Translations under genes and position numbers: made by a program
Notes under the pieces: generated by a model
Seen by the model: only the letters and a program-made list of their open reading frames with translations
Database searches by the model: none
Told to the model about the DNA's origin: nothing
In this document: positions 42,431-52,043 of the stretch, piece after piece
Layout of the letters: every line of letters starts with the position of its first letter
Position numbering within the stretch: the stretch's first letter is position 1
IMG/VR virus record: IMGVR_UViG_3300028025_000097
Source: a virus
Reading direction: 5' to 3' (one strand)
DNA length: 64,000 nucleotides

Positions 42431-43495
42431 TTATTCCACCGCTAGAGCTTCATCATATAGCTCTTTTAATAGTTTAGATAAATCTTTGTGGTTTTCTTTG
42501 TTTGAAATCTGTGTTACAAACTTATTCAACATAGATAGTGTATCTTCTGCTTCTCCAACAATATCATCATCGATCTCAAGATTAAGATTAAGATGATCTT
42601 CTACTGACTGAAGATCTGATACTCCAGCTTTTTCAAGCTTCTCTATGAATAGATCGTATACATGAGGATTCGTCTTGTTTTTGACAATCACTTTTACAAT
42701 ACAGTTCTTGTACATAGAAAAGTCTTGATTCATCACATATTCGATAGTTTGATCAACATCATTATAAAAGATTTTATGGAATACTTTATTAGGATTTTCT
42801 ATAAACGTAAGTTCACGCGTATGCGTATCGAAGATATGAAATCCTCGGGGATCATCATAATCTGACCAAGTCATCTCATAAGGCGCACCCAAATAGTGAA
42901 TGTTTCCACGACTTGACTTATGATGAAAATGACCAGAGCAAACTACATCAAACTTATCAAATAATTTGGCATCAAAACCGTGATCATTTGGCATGCCTTT
43001 ATACATCTCAAATCCAGCAAGTTCAAGATGTCCAAATAATACTTGAGCATCTGTCTTCTCAATGGCATCCATACAATTCTGATAATTACCAGAACAAATC
43101 CAAGGCATAAATAGAATCTTACAACCATCAATACTAAATTCTGCAGGACCATGATAATAATTAAAGTGGGCATTATCACGATATAATACATTCATCGAAT
43201 TGATTTCGTTTGTATTCTTAAAATACGTGTCATGATTACCAATGATTGCATGTAAGAACAACTTATTCTTATAGATTGGTTCAATAAAGTCTTCATCGAG
43301 ACGTTTGGCTGTTACAAAATTTATATACTTACGACGATCTACAATATCACCTAAATGCACGATGTAATTTATTCCATGTTCTTCTAAATATGGAAAGAAT
43401 ACTTCTTTATAGAACTTTGAAATATGTTCAGCAAATATTGGACTATCGTTACGACAACCCCAATGAGTGTCAGTAATTAATGCAATTTGTGTCAT
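42431..43495 (-). CDS. gp47: recombination endonuclease nuclease subunit (SbcD/Mre11-like)
   Basis: TDTHWG, HLGD, GNHD, GHLE, SGHFH. Confidence 0.95.
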   Translation of the reverse strand: MTQIALITDTHWGCRNDSPIFAEHISKFYKEVFFPYLEEHGINYIVHLGDIVDRRKYINFVTAKRLDEDFIEPIYKNKLFLHAIIGNHDTYFKNTNEINSMNVLYRDNAHFNYYHGPAEFSIDGCKILFMPWICSGNYQNCMDAIEKTDAQVLFGHLELAGFEMYKGMPNDHGFDAKLFDKFDVVCSGHFHHKSSRGNIHYLGAPYEMTWSDYDDPRGFHIFDTHTRELTFIENPNKVFHKIFYNDVDQTIEYVMNQDFSMYKNCIVKVIVKNKTNPHVYDLFIEKLEKAGVSDLQSVEDHLNLNLEIDDDIVGEAEDTLSMLNKFVTQISNKENHKDLSKLLKELYDEALAVE

Positions 43496-44076
43496 AGACT
43501 ATTTTCTCCAAGAATTTCTTCTTTGAGTTCATTAATATCTTCTTCAATAAAGTGTTCTATGCCAATTTTTTCTTTGTCTTTCTTTTTCTTGACAATAGTT
43601 TCTTCGTATGATCTGACAAATTCATTCATGTGTTGATTTTCAAAATGAGATTGCTCTACATATTCATTCCATTCGCTTTGTTCCATATGTTCATTATGGA
43701 TCATTGAATTTTGAATTAGTTTATGTTTCGTATATAGATGACGTTTCTCTTTGGTAATACGCCGTACAAATGCAAAGTAAATGATTTGTGTAATATATGC
43801 AAATGGATTACTAGATTTCGCTGGATCAAAATTATCAATATACATCAAGCAATTTTCAATGCCATCTCCGATCATCTCTTCTTTGAACGGATAGTTCATA
43901 AAATTAGGACGATTACAGAGTTTTTTAGCAATTAAAAGAATACACTCACCTACGTAATCAGAAATCCTAGGCTTCTGTGTTCCTTCAGCTTTGGCTTTTT
44001 TTACAAGTCCATGATGTATAGTTAACTCTTCGAGTAACTTTTTATTGTCTACGTAGTGAGCATTTCTTAGTTGCAT
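43492..44076 (-). CDS. gp55: late-transcription sigma factor
   Basis: HYVDNK, RPNF.NY, EMIGDGIENC, NPFAYITQI. Confidence 0.95.
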   Translation of the reverse strand: MQLRNAHYVDNKKLLEELTIHHGLVKKAKAEGTQKPRISDYVGECILLIAKKLCNRPNFMNYPFKEEMIGDGIENCLMYIDNFDPAKSSNPFAYITQIIYFAFVRRITKEKRHLYTKHKLIQNSMIHNEHMEQSEWNEYVEQSHFENQHMNEFVRSYEETIVKKKKDKEKIGIEHFIEEDINELKEEILGENSL

Positions 44077-44522
44077 TAGTGCACCTTTGTGGTTTTCTTT
44101 GCCTTAAGATTTTTAAAGTCTTTAGTTTCTTTCATTTCATCCAATTGTTTTTCGAGCATAGTATCAAATGCAGGATTAGATAGTGCAGTATCAATAAACG
44201 TAGATGCAAGATCTACTTCTTGTATTGTGATTTTATCTAAGACTTCATCATGATACTTCATGAGTGTTTTATAGTACTTAGCGAGTTCTAAACGAGGAGC
44301 ATATGTTGCAACGATATGAGCTCGACGAACCTTCATGATAGGTGATTTGGCAAGAAGATTATATCTACGTAAAAAGATCATTGTAGTACCATCAGGATTT
44401 GGTATAGAAATAATGATCATTGGATGACCGATCTCAATTAACTGATCGGTGACTTTACTTTCATCTACCATACAAATAACGTCTTGACCAGTAGTCAACT
44501 TTAATACTGTAAAGTTATTCAT
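44076..44522 (-). CDS. conserved hypothetical protein (Sm-like N-terminus)
   Basis: LKLTTGQDVI; position between uvsW and gp55. Confidence 0.7.
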   Translation of the reverse strand: MNNFTVLKLTTGQDVICMVDESKVTDQLIEIGHPMIIISIPNPDGTTMIFLRRYNLLAKSPIMKVRRAHIVATYAPRLELAKYYKTLMKYHDEVLDKITIQEVDLASTFIDTALSNPAFDTMLEKQLDEMKETKDFKNLKAKKTTKVH

Positions 44523-45970
44523 TTCAATTTTACCGTGTAAATTTTATTCTCAAACTTTTCTTCATTGTAGATTTTCATACGCTCGATGAAGTGCATCAAT
44601 GTATGGTTCTTCTTTGAATTCATGGACATATCATCTGCTATGTCAAACAATGTACACTCTTCTTTGTTTTCTCCAAGTCTTAGGCCACGACCAATAGACT
44701 GAAGGTTGCGTATCCTTGACTTCGAGGGGGAGGCGAAGATGATGTTATGAAGATTACGAATGTTGATGCCTGTGCTGAACGTACCATAAGATGCTATAAT
44801 CACTGCGTTCTGGTCCATCTCAACCAACCTTCTGATGTTCTCACGATCTTCGCCTTCCACCCCTCCATGAACGAAATACACTGGACGACCTTCTTGGATT
44901 TCCTTTTGCATGTCGTTGTATAGTATTCTACCATGTTTCTCAATATATTGAAACAGTAAAAGCGTATTTCCTTTCAAAGATAAGATTAAATTTCGAATAA
45001 ACTTGTTCCTCTGTTCACATGAAACGATATAATCCATCTCGTCTTGGTACTTCTTCTTTAAAATATCCTTGCACACAGGATCTGGATGTCTTAGAACGAT
45101 ACACTTGATCTTGAAAGCAGACAAGTGCTTCTGATCTATAAGTTCTTTTGTAGTGGTGACCTTCTTGACCGGTCCAAACAGACCTTCGAGCACCAACTTA
45201 TGAGTCTGGGCACCATCAAGAGTACCTGTAAATCCAAATCTGTATTGGCAATCTACCAACTTCTCCATGATAGAAGTCAACGATTTGGCTTTAAAGAGAT
45301 GTGCTTCGTCGCCGATGACTACATCAAACCTATCAAACCAAGATTTAGGCATCTTGTAGATAGACTGCCATGTAGTGATGGTTATTGGTTTGTCTACGTC
45401 CTTTTCTTCTCCTGAATAGATCCTATGACAATGCTTTTCAGAGTCATATCCATAAGATTGGAAGTCAGTATACATCTGATGGACAAGAGAAGTAGTAGGA
45501 ACGATAAGAAGAGTACGAGCACTAAACCATCTGCTGATCAGATAGATGATGAATGATTTACCAGATGCAGTGGGAGACAAGAGGACAGCTCGACGATTGC
45601 GAACTGCATAAACAAATGCGTCTACTTGATAGTCTCTTGGTTGAAATGGGAGAGCAAGAGATGAGATGAAGTCTTGTGCTTCTTTGAGAGAGAACTCATC
45701 AGCACTGAAGTCGGTTAGGTACTCTATTTGATATTCACGTTCTTCACAGAACTTCTCGAGATACCCGTTTAGTCCTCCATATAACACTTGGCCACGCACA
45801 TTAAATATGTGCACATCTCCATTCCACATACCAGACCTATACTGAGGCATAAACTGGTAACCAGGAACTTTGAAAGTGAAAAACGAATCGATCTCCTTGG
45901 CCAACCAAGGTTCACAATGGATTCTGTTGTATACTTCATTTAGTTTCTCTACGCGTACTACATCCATCAC
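44519..45970 (-). CDS. uvsW: SF2 helicase UvsW
   Basis: PTASGKS, DEAH, TGT, QSIGRGLR. Confidence 0.95.
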   Translation of the reverse strand: MMDVVRVEKLNEVYNRIHCEPWLAKEIDSFFTFKVPGYQFMPQYRSGMWNGDVHIFNVRGQVLYGGLNGYLEKFCEEREYQIEYLTDFSADEFSLKEAQDFISSLALPFQPRDYQVDAFVYAVRNRRAVLLSPTASGKSFIIYLISRWFSARTLLIVPTTSLVHQMYTDFQSYGYDSEKHCHRIYSGEEKDVDKPITITTWQSIYKMPKSWFDRFDVVIGDEAHLFKAKSLTSIMEKLVDCQYRFGFTGTLDGAQTHKLVLEGLFGPVKKVTTTKELIDQKHLSAFKIKCIVLRHPDPVCKDILKKKYQDEMDYIVSCEQRNKFIRNLILSLKGNTLLLFQYIEKHGRILYNDMQKEIQEGRPVYFVHGGVEGEDRENIRRLVEMDQNAVIIASYGTFSTGINIRNLHNIIFASPSKSRIRNLQSIGRGLRLGENKEECTLFDIADDMSMNSKKNHTLMHFIERMKIYNEEKFENKIYTVKLK

Positions 45971-46401
45971 ACACCATTCATAAATTTAGCCCAATCAATC
46001 GCATTCTTTATCTGGTAATTACGGTTATTCAAAGCTTTGATGATGTTCTCAAGCAGATTGATCTTTTCTTTCTGGTACTCGATCTTAAGCTGAGAGTTAT
46101 GAATATCTGTATCACCTTCTAAGTATATATTCAGATCAGTTTTTAGCACTTTGAGAGTAAAAGGATTCCATCCGTTCTCTTTCAGTTCTTCTTGGCTAAG
46201 CGTGCCATTATAGTATTCATGCTTAGTCTTATATAAGACCTTGTATTGGTATTCAAGTTTCTTAAGTAGAAGCCTTTCCTCAGAGTACATCTTGAAGTAG
46301 GTCGAATGATACTGAGCTATCTTTAGACTTTCTTCGCCTAGTTCAGATCTATCAATCTGACTATCTTTTTCCCAAAGAGATTGAATCTCTTCTAATTTCA
46401 T
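45967..46401 (-). CDS. uvsY: recombination mediator UvsY
   Basis: W.KDS.ID, EYYNG, RNYQIKNAIDW. Confidence 0.9.
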   Translation of the reverse strand: MKLEEIQSLWEKDSQIDRSELGEESLKIAQYHSTYFKMYSEERLLLKKLEYQYKVLYKTKHEYYNGTLSQEELKENGWNPFTLKVLKTDLNIYLEGDTDIHNSQLKIEYQKEKINLLENIIKALNNRNYQIKNAIDWAKFMNGV

Positions 46402-46439
46402 GATTAAATCCTATATCAATATTATTCAGGATACCATAG

Positions 46440-46468
46440 ATTATACTACAGTAGAATTAAATTGTAAA
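46440..46468 (-). promoter_or_regulatory. sigma70-type promoter for uvsY operon
   Basis: TTTACA-17-TATAAT. Confidence 0.65.
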
Positions 46469-46471
46469 TGC

Positions 46472-47008
46472 CTAGACAGCAGAAATAGTGTAGCGAAGGT
46501 AAGAAAAGGTTGCGGTGGCTTCCACAGAGATTACATCAGACATCTTTGTATCGAATGAAAAGCCAGATAGATTGATAGGAGCTAAGTCAAAGAAATGCAC
46601 TTGCACGATAGGATTCATTACGGAATTCATGATAAAAAGCGTACCATCTGATTTTATTTGACCCGGTTTGGTGAATCGATTTGAGTTTGTAGAGTCAGGA
46701 CCAGTACCTATATATTGATCAAATTTTTCTGGGAAACCCAGGCCAATCATCCAGTTATGAAGTTCAAGATAATTAGACATGTCTTCATCGACCCGAAAGG
46801 TTACTTGTAACTTTTCAAAAGTTAATTGCTCACCAGAAAATGGAATATTAACAAAAGGAGTTTGCACCACAGCTTCAGGCAAACTTATTCCAGGTAAATT
46901 CACGGATTGTACGAACCAATTCATATTAGGAGTTTTCTTAATTAAGAATTTGAATCCTAATGGTGAAAGAAAGTTCTTGTTTGAAGGTTGATTATCTACG
47001 GCTGACAT
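46472..47008 (-). CDS. gp3: tail tube terminator / tail completion protein
   Basis: NFLSPLGFKF, NLPGI, FRVDEDMSNY; synteny. Confidence 0.8.
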   Translation of the reverse strand: MSAVDNQPSNKNFLSPLGFKFLIKKTPNMNWFVQSVNLPGISLPEAVVQTPFVNIPFSGEQLTFEKLQVTFRVDEDMSNYLELHNWMIGLGFPEKFDQYIGTGPDSTNSNRFTKPGQIKSDGTLFIMNSVMNPIVQVHFFDLAPINLSGFSFDTKMSDVISVEATATFSYLRYTISAV

Positions 47009-47034
47009 AAGATCTCCTTTTTCATTATTTATGC

Positions 47035-47063
47035 AAAAAAATAGGAGAGCGGGGCTCTCCTAT
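47035..47063 (-). terminator. intrinsic terminator (second after gp23)
   Basis: AUAGGAGAGC-CCC-GCUCUCCUAU followed by U run. Confidence 0.75.
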
Positions 47064-47090
47064 AATTTTAAGTCTTTATTCTTATTCTAA

Positions 47091-47121
47091 GAAAAGAGGG
47101 GACATTGCGTCCCCTCTTTTT
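47091..47121 (-). terminator. intrinsic terminator after gp23
   Basis: GAGGGGAC-GCAAU-GUCCCCUC-UUUU. Confidence 0.85.
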
Positions 47122-47137
47122 GACTATCTCGTCTCAA

Positions 47138-48493
47138 TTACATGATGTTATTGACGAGAATACGACGATAGTATAGGTTTGTATCCTGTACTAGGCGACC
47201 GCTGTTTGCAGGAGTTGTGGCGTTGCCAGCTTCTGCAAATGGGTTGGCTACCATGCCGTAGCGTGTCTTGAAGCCAATCTTTGGCTGGAAGCTATTCTGA
47301 TCGACTGCACGAACCATCTGGAGTGGAACGTATGGGCAATAGAATAGACCGGCATCGAATGGGCTGGAACCCTTATAACCAGTTGTTAGATAGTTACCAG
47401 TTGTATATGGGTCGATGTATACACGAATACGACCATTGAGTACACCAGCGAAGGTGTTACCTGTATCGTCAACGTTTAGGTTGTTGCTGTTTAGAGCAGG
47501 AGCGTAATCAAGAACACCAGCCATCTGAAGAGCAGAAGCTACGTCGCTTGAGCAGATGAGGATGTTGCCCTTGCCACGACGTGTGTCTTTGGCAATTTGG
47601 TTACATTCACGTTCAACCTGGAACATTAGGCCCTTGAACTTTTCAACTGACCAACGGCCGTTGGAGTCTGTATCAAGGTCGAATACACCGGCTGTGGTTG
47701 TACCAGTATTGGCACCGCGTACAGCTGTAATGTTGATTGTGCGGATTACTTCACGATTGATTTCAGCTAGAATTTCGGCGGAAAGAATATTGGATAGTTC
47801 TGTTTCAGCATCTAGACCATGAATAGCCTTAAGATCCTGAGCGAGTTCCATTGAGTATTCAGCCTTTAGAGCGCGGCTTAGAGCAGTTACTGTTACCTTC
47901 TCGATACTGAATGCCATTTCAGGAATTGCAGGATGAGAAGTAGTACCTAGAGCTTCGGCGTTGGCTAGTGGTAGACCAATACCCATATTGTAAAGGGCAT
48001 TACTAACGTTGCTGTTAGCAGAAGGAACTGTACCGACTTGACCGTTACCGAAGGCAGCTGTGTTAGGTACTCTTGGTGAAGAGAATGAAGTATTCGCTTC
48101 GTTATAAAGTGCTTCTGCACTGGTCTGATCTGTGTAGCGAGCGCGCATTGCAAAGATTAGACCTGTTGGGCCAGTCATTGGCTGTACACCGCAGATGTCA
48201 TAAGCAATGAGGTTAGGCATTGAACGACGAACGAGTGAAATCAAGACTGGATCAAACGTATCAATTGCACCATCAGCTGCAGTTGAAGATGAAGCGCCCA
48301 TTGAGTTTGTTGGAGCAGCTTCGCCAAGAAGATGCTGATAACCCATCTGGCGACCAGCTTCGCGAAGAGCGTTCTCTGTGTTTTCTAGAATGACTGCCGT
48401 AACTGCACGACGATGAGTGTCGGCAATCTTTGGTAGGTCAGGATGCTGTAGGACTGGGGCCCACTTTCTTTGTGCTTCTTCAGTTAGAATCAT
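47138..48493 (-). CDS. gp23: major capsid protein
   Basis: LVRRSMPNLIAYDICGVQPMTGPTGLIFAMR, RALKAEYS.ELAQDLKAIHGLDAE, FQPKIGFKTRYG. Confidence 0.98.
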   Translation of the reverse strand: MILTEEAQRKWAPVLQHPDLPKIADTHRRAVTAVILENTENALREAGRQMGYQHLLGEAAPTNSMGASSSTAADGAIDTFDPVLISLVRRSMPNLIAYDICGVQPMTGPTGLIFAMRARYTDQTSAEALYNEANTSFSSPRVPNTAAFGNGQVGTVPSANSNVSNALYNMGIGLPLANAEALGTTSHPAIPEMAFSIEKVTVTALSRALKAEYSMELAQDLKAIHGLDAETELSNILSAEILAEINREVIRTINITAVRGANTGTTTAGVFDLDTDSNGRWSVEKFKGLMFQVERECNQIAKDTRRGKGNILICSSDVASALQMAGVLDYAPALNSNNLNVDDTGNTFAGVLNGRIRVYIDPYTTGNYLTTGYKGSSPFDAGLFYCPYVPLQMVRAVDQNSFQPKIGFKTRYGMVANPFAEAGNATTPANSGRLVQDTNLYYRRILVNNIM

Positions 48494-48535
48494 TGGTTTC
48501 TCCTTTGTTAGCAATCAATTATCTTGCTATTTTAC

Positions 48536-48543
48536 TATTTATA
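48536..48543 (-). promoter_or_regulatory. T4-type late promoter (gp23)
   Basis: TATAAATA. Confidence 0.8.
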
Positions 48544-48556
48544 AAACGAATGTTTT

Positions 48557-49579
48557 TTACTTAACAGTGTTTCTGCTAATGGCTTTCATATAGTGGGCCA
48601 TAGGACCTCTTGTTACCGGCATTTCTTCTTCACCTTCAAAAGATTCTTCAAGAAGACCCGAGGTTCTCTTCTCTGCCTTAGCAGTGCCGAAGTAATTCTC
48701 TTTGATGATCTGAAGCTTTTTCTTATAGTTAGAAAGATCGTCGTACTCTACACCTTCCGTTAGCTTCTTGAACTTCTCAACCTGAGTAGCTACTAGGCCT
48801 TCTGAGATTTCGTTGAAAACTTCTTCAGTGTTCATTTCGTTGATTGAAGCAGCAAGTTCGATATTTTCGTTAACAGCTTCGTTCAACTGATCTTCGAGTT
48901 CTTGTACGCGAGCAGATAGCTCTTCTACGACGTCAAATCTTTCGTTAGGAACGTCAATATAGTGCTCGGCAAATAGATTCTTTAGGCCTTCAATAAATTC
49001 TTCTGTGATTTCTGACTTAAGTGCAGATTCAACAGCAATTTCATTGGTTTCCATCCACTGTTCTGTAACATAGTTTAGATATTCGTCAAGCTTAGCAGCA
49101 AGACCTTCTAGATCCTGAATTGACTGCTCTTCGATTTCTTCGAGCTTGGCATTAAGTGCAGCTTCATATTCTTCTTCTAGAGCAGCGACGATTTCAACAA
49201 CGCGCTCGCTAACTGCGGCTTCGAAGATCGTGCCGGCTTTTTCTTTGAATTCTTCAGAGAGATCTTCTCCGTCGAACATTACGTCGATGTGTTCTTTCAT
49301 ACCCGTTCCTTTAGTGGCAACAGAAGCTCTGTTCTTGGCAGAAGCATCGCCTGTTGGCTTTGTATTGGTTTCTGCATCTGTGTCTTCTACACCAGGATTG
49401 TTAGGATCTACGATCTTAACTGGAGCAAGATCGCCCTGAGCTTTACTATTGCCGGGGGCCTTAGCACGAACGCCGGTTGGATCAGCAGCCTTAGAAGTAC
49501 CAGTGGCACCGCCACCGACTTCTGAAGCTTCATCTAACTCAACGTCTTTCATTTTTCTAATGGTTTCTGTAAGATTCAT
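48557..49579 (-). CDS. gp22: prohead core scaffold protein
   Basis: LSEEFKEKA.TIFEAAV, YLNYV.EQWM, LKNLFAEHYI. Confidence 0.92.
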   Translation of the reverse strand: MNLTETIRKMKDVELDEASEVGGGATGTSKAADPTGVRAKAPGNSKAQGDLAPVKIVDPNNPGVEDTDAETNTKPTGDASAKNRASVATKGTGMKEHIDVMFDGEDLSEEFKEKAGTIFEAAVSERVVEIVAALEEEYEAALNAKLEEIEEQSIQDLEGLAAKLDEYLNYVTEQWMETNEIAVESALKSEITEEFIEGLKNLFAEHYIDVPNERFDVVEELSARVQELEDQLNEAVNENIELAASINEMNTEEVFNEISEGLVATQVEKFKKLTEGVEYDDLSNYKKKLQIIKENYFGTAKAEKRTSGLLEESFEGEEEMPVTRGPMAHYMKAISRNTVK

Positions 49580-49624
49580 CTAGAAACTCCTTCTAAAAAT
49601 TATGTTTGATATATTTATTAAAAC

Positions 49625-50284
49625 TTATTTTTTAACCAATTCGTTGAGAAAGCTAGCAAATACACTAAGCTTTGCTTCATCGAGATTCTTTGATGAAGTT
49701 CTTTTAATCGTTCTCTTCATCTCTTCAAGCTTTTGTGCTTTAAGAAGACCGTTATCCCATACCCATTCTACACCTTCCATGATGCCACGAACGAATGCAT
49801 CTGGAGCAGAAGGATCGGCCACGATATCGGCAGCTGTAGCTAGATGAAAGTCATCTTGTACTTCCATAAAGCCTTGCTTATTTTCTTTGATAGAACCCAT
49901 ACCGCGAGTAGATACGCCTAAAGAAGCTCCTTCATCCATAAGATTCTTCACAATATTACCCATAGGAGTATCCATGATCTTAGCACGACCATAGAAATTG
50001 TTTCCATCTTGACGAAGTTCTTTGATCATATGAGATACACGATCAAGATTGATTGATGGACCTTGAGGATGACCTAATTCTCCGTATGCACGATTCTGTT
50101 GAACAGATTCCTTCATATAGCGTTCTGCTTCTTTCTGAAGGATCGACACTGGGTACATACGACCGTTACGATTCTGAATATTACCTTGCATGAAGATGCC
50201 TTCGATAAAGTAATCTTTCTTTCCAGATTCTTTGGCTTCTGTAACGTAACGGACATTTTCCATTTGTTCGCAGATTAATTTCAT
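49625..50284 (-). CDS. gp21: prohead protease
   Basis: NRNGRMYP, GELGHP, GVSTRGMGS, DIVADPSAPDA. Confidence 0.95.
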   Translation of the reverse strand: MKLICEQMENVRYVTEAKESGKKDYFIEGIFMQGNIQNRNGRMYPVSILQKEAERYMKESVQQNRAYGELGHPQGPSINLDRVSHMIKELRQDGNNFYGRAKIMDTPMGNIVKNLMDEGASLGVSTRGMGSIKENKQGFMEVQDDFHLATAADIVADPSAPDAFVRGIMEGVEWVWDNGLLKAQKLEEMKRTIKRTSSKNLDEAKLSVFASFLNELVKK

Positions 50285-50299
50285 TTGATGAATCCTTGC

Positions 50300-50713
50300 T
50301 TATCGATCTACAGTTGGTGTTTTTTGAAATTCAATCATCAAATAACCAGTAGTGCTATTGATTAAACCGATCGAGCAATTAGCGGTTGTGTTTTTAATCA
50401 ATGATGCACCACTGCCTGCAAAATCTATATAGCCAGTACCATCTAATACTAGTACAGTGTTGCCTGTTTGAAAACTTACATTTGCAACACTACTGTTACC
50501 TGTGCCGCGATTGACGATCCAATAAGAATTGCCGCCGCTAGCTGTTGAACCCCACCAAACTTGCGTGATTGCAGCACCAGTAATAGTTTCATATACAGTG
50601 CTATTACCAAACGCAATATTACTTACAGATGAATTGCCTGCAATAACAATACAATCGTTGCCCGTTACATGAACGACCGCGGATGCACCTGATCTATTAA
50701 TCATAGTAGGCAT
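50300..50713 (-). CDS. hypothetical virion-module protein
   Basis: ORF between prohead core genes and gp21. Confidence 0.7.
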   Translation of the reverse strand: MPTMINRSGASAVVHVTGNDCIVIAGNSSVSNIAFGNSTVYETITGAAITQVWWGSTASGGNSYWIVNRGTGNSSVANVSFQTGNTVLVLDGTGYIDFAGSGASLIKNTTANCSIGLINSTTGYLMIEFQKTPTVDR

Positions 50714-50715
50714 AA

Positions 50716-51717
50716 TTAATCACCTCTCTTAGCAGAATAATATGCGGCTAAAGCTTGTTTCATACGTTCTTTTTTAGACTTGCCAGCAAACTTGGGATTT
50801 TTCGAATGAACAAAATCTGAAATATAAGCTCCTGCACCCATTGAAGGTTTTAGAACTTCATCTACTTGAACTTCTTCTTTACGAAGCATCTTGAAGTCTT
50901 CAGCGTCTATTTTGCCATTTTTATTTGCATCAATTTTATGCTGATTGCCAACTAATGGCTTAGCTGATGGATCTTTGACTCCATAATTCTTTAGGCGATT
51001 AAAAAGCTTTTCAGTTGGGCTCTTTTTTCTTCTTGCTTCATAAATTTGTTCATCAGAATACTTATCTACAAGCTTATCTAGTTCAGGATTATGTTCTTCT
51101 TTTTGAACTTTATTAGCAGCAGTTTTAATCATCTTAATGCGTTTAACATATGCTTGACCAGCTCTATCTGGATCGCCATGTTTAGCGATCATATCCATAG
51201 CATCTGCTTTTGATGGTGCAGAAACTCCAGCTTTTTGTAGATGACGAAGAAATCTAAAATGAGATGCGTGTGAATCTTCATTAACTTCTTCTATTTCTTC
51301 ATTCGTAGCGGCATATCGCTTTTTAATCTTCGAAGCCAAGTTCTTATGACCGTATTGTTTTCCTAATTTATTCATCATGTCGTCAATACGTTTACTTTTA
51401 TTAGACTTCGTCTCTGACGGGCCAGATGGTTTATATTCGTTTTCTGGATCAAACGGACTATATTCTTGATAATCTTCATAAACCTTTTCGTCTTCATCTG
51501 GGTTATAACCATGATCAGGCGAACGCTCTATCGTCTTAACATTTGTAGCCTTAAAGACATCATCTTTATTGCCATTGCGATCATCTGTTTTTTGAACTAC
51601 ATGCTTTTGTTTGAAGCGAAGTTCATCAGTGCTCTTAGGAGCATAACCATCTTTTGTATCTGGCTTTTCTAAAGCTTTCTTTTTGGCTCTATCTAAAAGT
51701 TCAGTTAGATTAATCAT
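50716..51717 (-). CDS. putative prohead core/internal protein with EF-hand-like loop
   Basis: Modules separated by acidic L/V-x-E sites; DANKNGKIDAED. Confidence 0.6.
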   Translation of the reverse strand: MINLTELLDRAKKKALEKPDTKDGYAPKSTDELRFKQKHVVQKTDDRNGNKDDVFKATNVKTIERSPDHGYNPDEDEKVYEDYQEYSPFDPENEYKPSGPSETKSNKSKRIDDMMNKLGKQYGHKNLASKIKKRYAATNEEIEEVNEDSHASHFRFLRHLQKAGVSAPSKADAMDMIAKHGDPDRAGQAYVKRIKMIKTAANKVQKEEHNPELDKLVDKYSDEQIYEARRKKSPTEKLFNRLKNYGVKDPSAKPLVGNQHKIDANKNGKIDAEDFKMLRKEEVQVDEVLKPSMGAGAYISDFVHSKNPKFAGKSKKERMKQALAAYYSAKRGD

Positions 51718-52021
51718 CTGATTCTCCGTCTTCTTGTTCTTCTGTGTCTTCGTCTTCTAATTCGATTTCTTCTGTATCGAGTTCTTCGACATCGATATCC
51801 ATATCATCTAATGCCTGTTGTAGTTCATCTTCATCATATTCTTCGTCATCTTCAGTTTCGTCAGCAGGATCATTAAACATACGTTGAGCAAGTTCTTCTT
51901 TTTTTGCTGCTAAAGCATCAACAGCGCGCTGACTCAATAGCTTATCTAAAGAAGCAGCAAAATCGATAGGTTGATTTTCATTTGCATATTTAACTAGATC
52001 AAACACTTCTACATCAGCCAT
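51710..52021 (-). CDS. acidic prohead core protein (gp67-like)
   Basis: Directly downstream of portal; very acidic C-terminus. Confidence 0.65.
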   Translation of the reverse strand: MADVEVFDLVKYANENQPIDFAASLDKLLSQRAVDALAAKKEELAQRMFNDPADETEDDEEYDEDELQQALDDMDIDVEELDTEEIELEDEDTEEQEDGESDD

Positions 52022-52033
52022 ACTTAATTCCTT

Positions 52034-52041
52034 TATTTATA
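52034..52041 (-). promoter_or_regulatory. T4-type late promoter
   Basis: TATAAATA. Confidence 0.7.
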
Positions 52042-52043
52042 AT

